NCBI RefSeq assembly: GCF_000196555.1
Contig: NC_015067.1
Location: forward strand, 690,001 to 722,000
Direction of reading: 5' to 3'
DNA from: Bifidobacterium longum subsp. longum JCM 1217
GTDB lineage: Bacteria > Actinomycetota > Actinomycetes > Actinomycetales > Bifidobacteriaceae
Length of the DNA stretch: 32,000 nucleotides
Position 1 is the first letter of the stretch. Every line of letters begins with the position of its first letter. Both the position numbers and the translations under genes were made by a program. The notes under the pieces were generated by a model. The model had not been told where the DNA came from and ran no database searches. It saw only the letters and a program-made list of their open reading frames with translations. Below are positions 6,479 through 14,480 of this stretch, piece by piece.

Positions 6479-6504
6479 TGTGCGATTTGGTGGTGTGCTG
6501 CCGA

Positions 6505-7287
6505 TCAGCGACCGCGCATCGCGCGGCGGGAGATCTTCTGCGGGTGGTTCGGGTCCATGCCCTTGGGGATGGCATAACCCTTCTTGGCCTGCAGCGTGCG
6601 CAGACGATCGTTCAGCGTTTCCATCTCGGCCTTGGTCAGCAGGAAGCGACGACGCGGATGAATCTTGGCGATCAGTGCGTTCTTGTGGTTCGTGGGCTCA
6701 TAGCTCTTGGACTTGGTCACCGTGCTACGCAGCTTGTCCAGTGGCACCTGCTTGGGGCCGTGGCCCACGGAGATGCGGTACACCGGAATGGAGGAGCCGG
6801 CGGTGACGCCCTTGATATCGTGTTCCTGACGATCCATCGCCTTCATGATGCGACCGTATTCGCCTTCGCCGATCAGGTAGATGCCGTTCATCGAAGTGCC
6901 GCGCCAGATGGCATCCTTGGTCTTCGGGTCGATCCACACCGGTTCCTGCGGGAAGTTAAAGCCGGCTTTCTGCATGTTGCTCAGCACGCCGATGGCGGCA
7001 CCAGGCTTGCCGTCAATCTGCTTGTAGCCGACTGCATCCGCGCGGCGGGTGAGCATCATGGTGGCCAGTAGCATGCCGAGCATGATGGCGGTGATCATGG
7101 TGAAGATCCAGGTCAGCCAGGTCCACTTGGCAATCAGACCGATGATGATCATCACGACTACAGGCAGCAGGAAAGCACCGGCCTCAAGCCACGGCAGGGC
7201 CTTGTCTTCCTTAGCCGTGTACTTGTAGATCTGGATGATCTGCTTGATTGTGCTCTGCTTCTTCGGCTTCGCGTCCTTTTCCGCCAT
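6505..7287 (-). CDS. DUF4191-family membrane protein
   Basis: The track ORF begins at GTG 7317, directly after a stop. ATG 7287 (MAEKDAKPKKQSTIKQ...) with GGAAG upstream is preferred. Two TM helices and its conserved position next to lpdA and glnA in actinobacteria support the call. Confidence 0.85.
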   Translation of the reverse strand: MAEKDAKPKKQSTIKQIIQIYKYTAKEDKALPWLEAGAFLLPVVVMIIIGLIAKWTWLTWIFTMITAIMLGMLLATMMLTRRADAVGYKQIDGKPGAAIGVLSNMQKAGFNFPQEPVWIDPKTKDAIWRGTSMNGIYLIGEGEYGRIMKAMDRQEHDIKGVTAGSSIPVYRISVGHGPKQVPLDKLRSTVTKSKSYEPTNHKNALIAKIHPRRRFLLTKAEMETLNDRLRTLQAKKGYAIPKGMDPNHPQKISRRAMRGR

Positions 7288-7370
7288 CACTTCTTCCTTT
7301 GTTGGGACGAAACACACTAGACAACATCTTATCAGGTGCGCTGGTCCGAACTTGTTTGTGCTGGTTGGTC

Positions 7371-8861
7371 TCAGCGTGTGTGTAACGGCCGTCCGTCGGC
7401 CTTGAGCAGCGCCTCGCCGAGCGTTTCACTGAACGTGGGATGCGGGTGAACGAGGCGGGCTGCGTCGGCGAGCGGCACATGGTTGCCGACCAGCTGTTCG
7501 GCTTCGGCGATGATGTCGGAGGCCATCTGGGAGACCATGTGCACGCCGAGCACGCGCGGGGTGTCCGGGTTGGCCGCGTCGCAGCCGGAGACGATGGTCA
7601 GTGAACCGGCCGTGCCGCTCATCAGCATGCGCGCGTTCGCCAGCATCGGATAGTTGGTCTCCTTGATTTCAATGAGATCCTCTCTCGCCTGCGCCTGTTC
7701 GACGGTGAGCCCGACCGACGCCGCTTCGGGGAAGGAGAACACGATTTGCGGCACGGTGGCTTCGTCCACCGGCTTGGGATTGAGTCCGGCGATGGTCTCC
7801 GCGATGACGATGCCTTGCTCAAAAGCACGATGCGCCAGCGCGTGACCGGCCGTCACATCGCCCACCGCCCATACGCCCGGTTTGTCGGTGCGGCCGTACG
7901 CATCCGTGGCGACATGTCCGTGGTCGTCAATCGTCACGCCCCATGCTGGGTCGGTGATCGGGTCACGCCCGATGGCGACAAGGGCGATTTCGCCCCAGAC
8001 GCTTTGTTCGCCGTCCTGGCCTTCGCACGTGTAGTGCACGGTGGCACCAAGGTTCGCGCCGGTGTCCACATGGGTGACGCTGGCGCGGGTGATGATGTTC
8101 ACGCCATGACGTTTGAGCTCACGGGTCAGCGTGGTGCCGGCTCTCCGGTCCCAGGCTGAGAGCACACGGTCCTTGCGAATCAGCAAGGTCACCTTCGAAC
8201 CGGCGGCGTTCCACATCGAGGCGAATTCAAGGGCGATGGCCCCGGCGCCGATAATCACCGCCGACGAGGGAAATTCGTTGACTTCCAGCGCCTGTGTGGA
8301 GTCGATGAGGGCGCCGGCGAACGGGTTGCCGGGCAATGGGCGTGGCTTGGCACCGGTGGCGATGACGATGTTCGTGGCCGTGAGGTCCATCGTGGGGCCG
8401 CTGGGCTCGGGGACATCGGCCTTGTGATAGGTGAGGATGTCGCTTTGGTCGGGGGAAGGGACGAGGTGGACGATGTGGTTGGAAGTTGCTGGAGCGGTCT
8501 CATCCGCATGGAACGCGGCATTGGCTCGGAACACGGTGATGCCGCGATGGGCAAGCAGTCCGGCCAGTCCTCCCACCATCGTCTTGACCACGCGCAGGCG
8601 ATAGTCGCGCAGCGTGCCGAAGTCGATGCCATTCACCGAGGCGTTGACGCCGAGCTCGGCCGCACGGTGCACGGTGTCGATGGTGTGGGTGGCGGTGATG
8701 AGCGCCTTGGAGGGGATGCAGCCACGGTTGAGACATGTGCCGCCTACGGTGGCGTCACGCTCGACGAGTGCCACTTTCATGCCGAGTTCGGCGGCGCGCA
8801 AGGCCGTGGAATAGCCGCCGGGGCCGGCCCCGATGATGACCAGATCAAACTGTTCGCTCAT
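7371..8861 (-). CDS. lpdA: dihydrolipoyl dehydrogenase
   Basis: MSEQFDLVIIGAGPGGY FAD-binding fold, redox-active disulfide GGTCLNRGCIPSK, and C-terminal HPHPTFSE interface motif. RBS AAGGAGG precedes ATG 8861; the track start at 8897 is an upstream GTG. Confidence 0.95.
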   Translation of the reverse strand: MSEQFDLVIIGAGPGGYSTALRAAELGMKVALVERDATVGGTCLNRGCIPSKALITATHTIDTVHRAAELGVNASVNGIDFGTLRDYRLRVVKTMVGGLAGLLAHRGITVFRANAAFHADETAPATSNHIVHLVPSPDQSDILTYHKADVPEPSGPTMDLTATNIVIATGAKPRPLPGNPFAGALIDSTQALEVNEFPSSAVIIGAGAIALEFASMWNAAGSKVTLLIRKDRVLSAWDRRAGTTLTRELKRHGVNIITRASVTHVDTGANLGATVHYTCEGQDGEQSVWGEIALVAIGRDPITDPAWGVTIDDHGHVATDAYGRTDKPGVWAVGDVTAGHALAHRAFEQGIVIAETIAGLNPKPVDEATVPQIVFSFPEAASVGLTVEQAQAREDLIEIKETNYPMLANARMLMSGTAGSLTIVSGCDAANPDTPRVLGVHMVSQMASDIIAEAEQLVGNHVPLADAARLVHPHPTFSETLGEALLKADGRPLHTR

Positions 8862-8936
8862 GATTGCCTCCTTGATACATATAAGTATGGCTCCCACGCT
8901 AGGGAGCCATATGCGGCTATCGCCGCCACTTCGCCT

Positions 8937-8992
8937 AAAAACAGTCCACTGGACTGTTTTCTTTACGGCTCAGCCCCTCAACGAGGGGAGCC
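8937..8992 (-). repeat. 56-bp composite palindromic intergenic repeat (two hairpins), copy 1; probable terminator of the DUF3043 gene
   Basis: 48/56 nt are identical to the reverse complement of 27349-27404. Minus-strand reading: GGCTCCCCTC-GTT-GAGGGG...CCGTAAAG...AAACAGTCC-AGT-GGACTGTTTTT. Confidence 0.8.
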
Positions 8993-9009
8993 AGAGTATA
9001 TATGGACAA

Positions 9010-9633
9010 TCAGTCCGCCGGCCAGTGACCGCGCTTCGGGTAACGCGGCTTGGGAAGCCTCCAACGACGCATCTGAATCGAACGGCTCCAAGCGTAGGAG
9101 AAGGAGCGGGAGCCCTTGGACACGGACCGTTCGCCGTACTTGGCGATGAGCTTGGCCTTGAGCTTGCGCCACATCAGCCATACGTCGATGATCACGGCAA
9201 TCAGGTAACCGTACATAAGCGCCATCATGATGATGGAAGCCCACTGGTTCTGCATCAAAGAAGTGACGAACATGGAAACGATCAGAATCGCGAAGGCCAC
9301 CGGGATGAACCATTCACCAAGGTTGAAACGGGCATCCACATAATCACGGATGTAGATACGCCAAGGCAAGCGTTCCGCCTTGGGCATGTGGTTGATATCG
9401 CCATTCTGCATCGCCTCGTACTCGGCGTTCTCCTTCTCACGCAGACGGGCTTTGGCGGCCTTGGCGCTGGCCCTGCGGTCCACCGGAACCAGCGGACGGA
9501 TACCGGCGGCCTGAGCCTGCTTCATCTTCGGGGTAGGACGGCCTTTTTTCTCAGAAGGATTGGCGGCCTTCTTCGGGGCCTGCTCAACAGGAGCCTGGAC
9601 CTCTTCTTTTTTCTTAAACGGATTCCATGTCAT
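9010..9633 (-). CDS. DUF3043-family membrane protein
   Basis: 207 aa with a lysine-rich N-terminus containing KKGRPTPKMKQAQA, followed by two TM helices. This matches the actinobacterial DUF3043 pattern. Confidence 0.85.
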   Translation of the reverse strand: MTWNPFKKKEEVQAPVEQAPKKAANPSEKKGRPTPKMKQAQAAGIRPLVPVDRRASAKAAKARLREKENAEYEAMQNGDINHMPKAERLPWRIYIRDYVDARFNLGEWFIPVAFAILIVSMFVTSLMQNQWASIIMMALMYGYLIAVIIDVWLMWRKLKAKLIAKYGERSVSKGSRSFSYAWSRSIQMRRWRLPKPRYPKRGHWPAD

Positions 9634-9724
9634 GCTTTGAGGTTACGGTGACGTTCAGACACTTGTACACTGGCGCAGCCATTGCAATGACGCCGCTCAC
9701 ACATATATATAAAGGAGGACCATC

Positions 9725-11092
9725 ATGACAACGCTCACCGCTGACGAGATTCGTTCGCGCGTCGAAACCGATTGGAACCGCATCGTCAAGGTACTGGCCG
9801 AAAAGGTCGCGCTGCAGTCGATCTCCGCCAAGGGCATCACCGCCGAACAAATGAAGCGCTCCGCTGAATTCGTGGCAGACGAACTGCGCCTCGTGGGTGT
9901 GGATACCAAGGTGGTTCAGGCTTCCAATGCCGACGGCACTCCGGGCGCATGGGAGGTCATCGGCTCGCATATCGTTTCTCCGGACGCCCTCACCGTGCTG
10001 CTCTACGCCCATCACGACGTGCAGCCTGTTCCGGACCCGGCCGAGTGGAACACCGACCCGTTCGTGGCCACCGAAATTGACGGCCGCCTCTACGGCCGTG
10101 GCTCCGCCGATGACGGCGGCGGTATCGCCATCCATTCCGGTGCACTGAAGGCCCTGGGCGACGACCTCAACGTCAATATCAAAGTGTTCATCGAAGGCGA
10201 AGAGGAGATGGGCTCGCCAAGCTTCATTCCCTTCATCGAGGCTCACCGCGACGAATTCGCCGCTGACGTGATTATCGTGGCCGATTCCGGCAACTGGTCG
10301 GCGGACATTCCTTCTTTGACCACCTCGCTGCGCGGCAACACCTGTGTGGACGTGACCGTGCAGGGCCTTGAGCATCCGGTGCACTCCGGCCAGTACGGCG
10401 GCCCGATTCTCGACTCCAATACGTTGGCCGCCATGCTCATCGCTTCCATGTATGACGAGAACGGCGATCTGGCCGTACCCGGCGTGGCCGCGGAAGAGCC
10501 GATCGGCGGTTTGCAGCACGACCTTGACGAAACCACCGTGCGCAAGGATTCTGGCGTGGTGGCCGGTTACGAGTTCGCCGGCACCGGTTCACTGGCCTCA
10601 CGCCTGTGGACCAAGCCGTCCGTGACCGTGATCGGCTTCGACGCCCACCCGGTCGAGGGATCCTTCAACGTGATCGCTCCGGAGACCCGCTTCCGTCTGT
10701 CGCTGCGCACCGCGCCCACCCAGCGCCCTGAAGAAGCGCAGGAAGCACTGGCTGCATTCCTCGAATCCCACGCGCCGTTCGGCGCCAAGGTCACTGTCGA
10801 ACGCGGCGAAAACGGCATGGGCTGGGCCATGGACCCGACCGCCGTGGCCACCAAGGACGCGCTGGAAGCCATGACCGAGGCCTTCGGCGTTGAGCCCATC
10901 AACAAGGGCGAAGGCGGCTCCATTCCGTTCATCCCCGAACTGCAGCGCATTTTCCCCAACGCTCAGGTGCTGGTCACCGGTCCCGAAGACCCGAAGGCCA
11001 ACGCCCACAGCCCCAATGAGTCCATCTCCCTGCCCGGCCTCAAGAACAACGTGATCACCGAGGCTTTGCTGCTGGACAAGCTCGGCAAGTAG
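9725..11092 (+). CDS. M20/M25/M40 family metallopeptidase (dipeptidase-like)
   Basis: RBS AAAGGAGGA. Metal-binding motifs YAHHDVQP, GRGSADDGGG and EGEEEMGS. 455 aa. Confidence 0.9.
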   Translation: MTTLTADEIRSRVETDWNRIVKVLAEKVALQSISAKGITAEQMKRSAEFVADELRLVGVDTKVVQASNADGTPGAWEVIGSHIVSPDALTVLLYAHHDVQPVPDPAEWNTDPFVATEIDGRLYGRGSADDGGGIAIHSGALKALGDDLNVNIKVFIEGEEEMGSPSFIPFIEAHRDEFAADVIIVADSGNWSADIPSLTTSLRGNTCVDVTVQGLEHPVHSGQYGGPILDSNTLAAMLIASMYDENGDLAVPGVAAEEPIGGLQHDLDETTVRKDSGVVAGYEFAGTGSLASRLWTKPSVTVIGFDAHPVEGSFNVIAPETRFRLSLRTAPTQRPEEAQEALAAFLESHAPFGAKVTVERGENGMGWAMDPTAVATKDALEAMTEAFGVEPINKGEGGSIPFIPELQRIFPNAQVLVTGPEDPKANAHSPNESISLPGLKNNVITEALLLDKLGK

Positions 11093-11118
11093 CCGAACCG
11101 CATCGGTAATGGTAGTGA

Positions 11119-11167
11119 GCCGCCGTCAGGTAGGTCACAGATGTGGCTATTGCCTTTGACGGCGGCT
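11119..11167 (+). terminator. hairpin after the M20 peptidase gene
   Basis: AGCCGCCGTCA (11119-11129) pairs with TGACGGCGGCT (11157-11167), followed by TGCTTTAT. The loop is long (27 nt). Confidence 0.45.
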
Positions 11168-11186
11168 TGCTTTATAGTCGGGAGTT

Positions 11187-11276
11187 GACACGGGAGCTGC
11201 CGTTGGGCGGCTGAGAGGAGACTCATAGTCTCGACCGATGGAACGTGACCGGATAATGCCGGCGCACGGAAATGTC
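11187..11276 (+). ncRNA. TPP (THI-box) riboswitch upstream of ykoEDC
   Basis: CTGAGAG at 11211-11217 and ACCGATGGAACGTGACCGGATAATGCCGGCGCACGGAA match the conserved TPP aptamer core. The P1 candidate is GACA (11187-11190) paired with TGTC (11273-11276). Confidence 0.85.
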
Positions 11277-11391
11277 GCTCTTACCTACCCGTGCCTGAAC
11301 CAACCCGCGCGTGGCCACGAACATATGCATCATGTGCGTACATATATCCACGTATGTTCGGCCTGCGTGCGAGCAGAAGAAAGGCACATTC

Positions 11392-11991
11392 ATGACTGAA
11401 GCTGTGGCCAAAGCCAATTACAAGTGGCGCGTCGTCGATATCGTCGTCGCCGCAATCATCGCCGTCGCATCCGGCGTCATTTTCTGGGGCTGGGACATTG
11501 TCTGCTCCGCCCCGCTGGCCCTGTTTGAAGGCGTGACCCCCGGTTTCGAGGGTCTGCTCAACGGATTCTGGCTGTTCGCCGGCCCGCTCGCTGCAATCAT
11601 TGTGCGCAAGCCCGGTGCCGCACTGTTTGCCGAAACCCTCGCCGCCTTCCTTGAGCTTACGCTGGGCAACCAGTGGGGCGTCGGCGGCTCGCTGATCGTC
11701 GGCATCATCCAGGGTCTGGGTGCCGAAATTGCCTTCGCCGTCTTCGCTTGGAAGAAGTGGAACATCGGCACCACCATCCTGTCCGGTGCGCTCGCCGGCG
11801 TGGGCTGCTGGGCCTACTACTGGGCCACCAACCCGGGCTGGAACGGCCTGCGCGTCACTTGGTATCTGGTGGGCTCCATCATCTCCGGCGTCGTGATCGC
11901 CGGCGTGGTGGTCTGGTACTTGTCTCGTGCGCTCGCCGTCACCGGGGCTCTGGAGCGTTTTGAATCCGGCCGCAGCAAGGCGCGCGTCTGA
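11392..11991 (+). CDS. ykoE: ECF transporter S component, HMP/thiamine-precursor type (YkoE family)
   Basis: MTEAVAKANYKW... contains VRKPGAALFAETLAAFLELTLGN and IQGLGAEIAF, as in B. subtilis YkoE. ATG 11392 with GAAAGG upstream is preferred over the track start at 11311, which would lie inside the riboswitch leader. Confidence 0.85.
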   Translation: MTEAVAKANYKWRVVDIVVAAIIAVASGVIFWGWDIVCSAPLALFEGVTPGFEGLLNGFWLFAGPLAAIIVRKPGAALFAETLAAFLELTLGNQWGVGGSLIVGIIQGLGAEIAFAVFAWKKWNIGTTILSGALAGVGCWAYYWATNPGWNGLRVTWYLVGSIISGVVIAGVVVWYLSRALAVTGALERFESGRSKARV

Positions 11992-13466
11992 TGCAGATTA
12001 ATCCGGCTGCGGTAGAGGCCAGCGGCTGGGGATGGCGGCACGCCACGCGTAAGGACTTCGCGTTGCGTGCCGTCGATTTCACCATCCGGCCAGGTGAACG
12101 TGTGTTGCTGCTCGGTGCTTCGGGCGCGGGCAAAAGCACGATGATGGCCGGTCTCGCAGGCGTACTTGGCGGCGATGAGGAAGGCGAGCAGGAGGGCTCG
12201 CTCACCATCGATGGCGTCGATGCGCGCGAGGCGCGAGGTCGCGTGGGACTGGTGCTTCAGGACCCGGACTCGCAGATCATTCTTGAACGACTGGGCGATG
12301 ACGCGGCCTTCGGCTGCGAAAACCTCAACGTGCCGCGCGAGGAGATTTGGCAGCGAGTGCGCGAATCATTGGATATGGTGGGACTCGGCGGACTCGAACT
12401 GGATCGGTCCACCCGCCATCTGTCCGGCGGTCAGCGTCAACGTCTCGCGTTGGCCGGCGTGCTGGCTATGAAGCCCGGTCTGCTGTTGTTGGACGAACCG
12501 ACCGCCAACCTCGATCCCGAAGGCGTGGTCGAAGTGCATGACGCGGTCAAAAAGGTCATCGAGGCCACCGGACAGACCATGGTTGTGGTCGAACATCATA
12601 TCGATGTATGGCTCGATCTGGTCGATCGCGTGATTGTGCTCGGCCGACCCGATGCAAGTTCGCCCACGGGTGCGGTCATTGCCGACGGCAAGCCGGACGA
12701 GGTGTTCGCCGAGATGGGCGACGTGTTGGCCGCCGGTGGCGCGTGGGTGCCGGGCCGTGCGATTCCCGATTACTCACCGAAGCAGGAGTCTGCGCACGAT
12801 GCGCCGGTGCTCAGCACCGAGAACTTAAGCTTTGGCCGTGGGGCCGCTCTTGGCGTTGGTATCAATCTGGATTTTTATCCCGGCGAAGTAACGGCTCTGA
12901 TGGGTCCGAACGGCGCGGGCAAATCGACCTTGGCCTTGACCTTGGCCGGGCTACTCAAGCCTATCGCCGGCAAGGTGCTCATCGCCGACAACCTCAAGCC
13001 CGCGCATGCCGGGCGTGAGCCGATCGACTGGAAAAGCAAGGAACTGCTGGGCCGTATCGGCATGGTGTTCCAGGAGCCCGAACACCAGTTCGCTGCCAAC
13101 TTTGTGCGTGACGAGGTATCCATCGGCCCCAAGTCGATGGGGCAGAGCCAAGACGAGGCTTATCAGACCGCCGACCGCATGCTTGAGCAGATGAATCTCA
13201 CGCGCTTCGCCAAAGCCAACCCGTACACCTTGTCTGGCGGGGAGAAGCGGCGACTGTCCGTGGCCTCCATGCTGGCCGCCGCACCCAAAGTGTTGGTGAT
13301 GGACGAGCCGACATTCGGACAGGATTTCAGTACGTGGAATGAAATGGTCAAGCTGATCGCCGCCATCCGCGACCAAGGCTCGTGCGTGATCATGGTGACG
13401 CACGATGAGGCGCTGGTGGATGCGCTGGGCGCACGACGCGTGATGTTCGAGGAGGCGAAGGCATGA
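11991..13466 (+). CDS. ykoD: ECF transporter duplicated ATPase (two ABC domains)
   Basis: Two Walker A motifs (GASGAGKST, GPNGAGKST), two signature motifs (LSGGQRQR, LSGGEKRR) and two Walker B motifs (LLLLDEP, VLVMDEP). The start overlaps the ykoE stop by 1 nt. Confidence 0.93.
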   Translation: MQINPAAVEASGWGWRHATRKDFALRAVDFTIRPGERVLLLGASGAGKSTMMAGLAGVLGGDEEGEQEGSLTIDGVDAREARGRVGLVLQDPDSQIILERLGDDAAFGCENLNVPREEIWQRVRESLDMVGLGGLELDRSTRHLSGGQRQRLALAGVLAMKPGLLLLDEPTANLDPEGVVEVHDAVKKVIEATGQTMVVVEHHIDVWLDLVDRVIVLGRPDASSPTGAVIADGKPDEVFAEMGDVLAAGGAWVPGRAIPDYSPKQESAHDAPVLSTENLSFGRGAALGVGINLDFYPGEVTALMGPNGAGKSTLALTLAGLLKPIAGKVLIADNLKPAHAGREPIDWKSKELLGRIGMVFQEPEHQFAANFVRDEVSIGPKSMGQSQDEAYQTADRMLEQMNLTRFAKANPYTLSGGEKRRLSVASMLAAAPKVLVMDEPTFGQDFSTWNEMVKLIAAIRDQGSCVIMVTHDEALVDALGARRVMFEEAKA

Positions 13467-14290
13467 GTGACGTGGTAACCGTCAGCCCGCAGGAAACGCG
13501 CGTGGAGCCGGTCAAAGCCTCATCGCCCTCATGGTTCATCGCGCGCATCAACGCGGTCAGTCGCATCATCGGTGCGTTGCTGCTGTGCATTCCGATGTTC
13601 ATCAGTCTGGATGTGGTATCCGCATCCACGGCGCTCGGCATCGAATTCGTGCTGCTGTGGATTGGTGGCGTGGCTCCGTGGACCGTATGCCGTAAGACCT
13701 GGCCGGTATGGATCGCCGCCGCCGGCAGTTTTATCTCCGTGTTCCTCTACGGCCGCACCTCGGGCGAGATCCTGTGGCAGGGTGGCTGGATTGTGATCAG
13801 CGAGGGGTCCATCAATCTGGCCATCGCCACGGCTATCAGGGTGGCGGCCATTGCCGTACCCGGCGTGATTCTGGCCTTGGGCCTCGATCCCACTGATTTG
13901 GCGGACGGTCTGGTTGAGATTCTGCACTTCTCACCGCGATTCGTATACGGCGGATTGGCCGGATTGCGCATGTTTACGCTGCTGCAGGAAGATTGGCGCG
14001 CACTCGGCTTGTCCCAGCGTTCGCGCGGCCTTGGTGACGGTAACGCCATCGCCCGTGCTCTCTCCCAAGCGTTCGGACTGCTGGTGCTCTCCATCCGGCG
14101 TGCCACCAAACTTGCCACCGCCATGGAAGCGCGCGGCTTCGGCTCCGGCGCCCCACGTTCCCAAGCCCGCATCTCGCGTCTGAAGCCTATCGACTGGATC
14201 TTCTACGTCATCTGTCTGGCCGTCCCGCTGGCCTCCATAGGCGTAGCCGTCGGCACCGGGAATTGGCACTTCGCCTTTCAGGGTGTCTGA
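13463..14290 (+). CDS. ykoC: ECF transporter transmembrane (T) component
   Basis: A multi-TM 275-aa ORF overlapping ykoD (ATGA). It holds the EcfT/CbiQ-like position in a ykoEDC arrangement. Confidence 0.85.
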   Translation: MSDVVTVSPQETRVEPVKASSPSWFIARINAVSRIIGALLLCIPMFISLDVVSASTALGIEFVLLWIGGVAPWTVCRKTWPVWIAAAGSFISVFLYGRTSGEILWQGGWIVISEGSINLAIATAIRVAAIAVPGVILALGLDPTDLADGLVEILHFSPRFVYGGLAGLRMFTLLQEDWRALGLSQRSRGLGDGNAIARALSQAFGLLVLSIRRATKLATAMEARGFGSGAPRSQARISRLKPIDWIFYVICLAVPLASIGVAVGTGNWHFAFQGV

Positions 14291-14373
14291 AAGGCGACAG
14301 GCTGGCACAGTGCCTTTCAGGGTGTCTGAAAGGCGACAGATTAGCACAGTGCCTTTCAAGGTGTCTGAACGCC
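14266..14373 (+). repeat. 39-bp tandem repeat, about 2.7 copies, each unit containing a 9-bp-stem hairpin; the first unit includes the ykoC stop
   Basis: Units start at 14266, 14305 and 14344: GCACTTCGCCTTTCAGGGTGTCTGAAAGGCGACAGGCTG, GCACAGTGCCTTTCAGGGTGTCTGAAAGGCGACAGATTA and GCACAGTGCCTTTCAAGGTGTCTGAACGCC. The hairpin is GCCTTTCAG-GGTGT-CTGAAAGGC. Confidence 0.9.
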
Positions 14374-14480
14374 TTATGATGCCCCCGCTGGCGGGGGGCT
14401 GTCGGCGTAGCCGACTGGGGTGGTTCCAGCCTCGACCACCCTCAGTCTCGCGACTGACGTAATGACCCGGCAGTAGGGTA

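Noticed and set aside
11311-11391. These are upstream extensions of track ORFs: ykoE 11311, argF 24455, argR 25462, argG 26027, thiG 29760, lpdA 8897, the DUF4191 gene 7317 and the rhodanese gene 31593.
   Set aside because: The extensions run through riboswitch leaders, ARG boxes or upstream genes, and they encode atypical Cys/His-rich or Arg-rich peptides. In each case an internal ATG with a good Shine-Dalgarno gives the conserved N-terminus.
14266-14373. I asked whether the regular 39-bp repeats form a CRISPR array.
   Set aside because: The units are directly adjacent with no unique spacers. There are only about 2.7 copies, no cas genes are nearby, and the first unit is part of the ykoC coding end.
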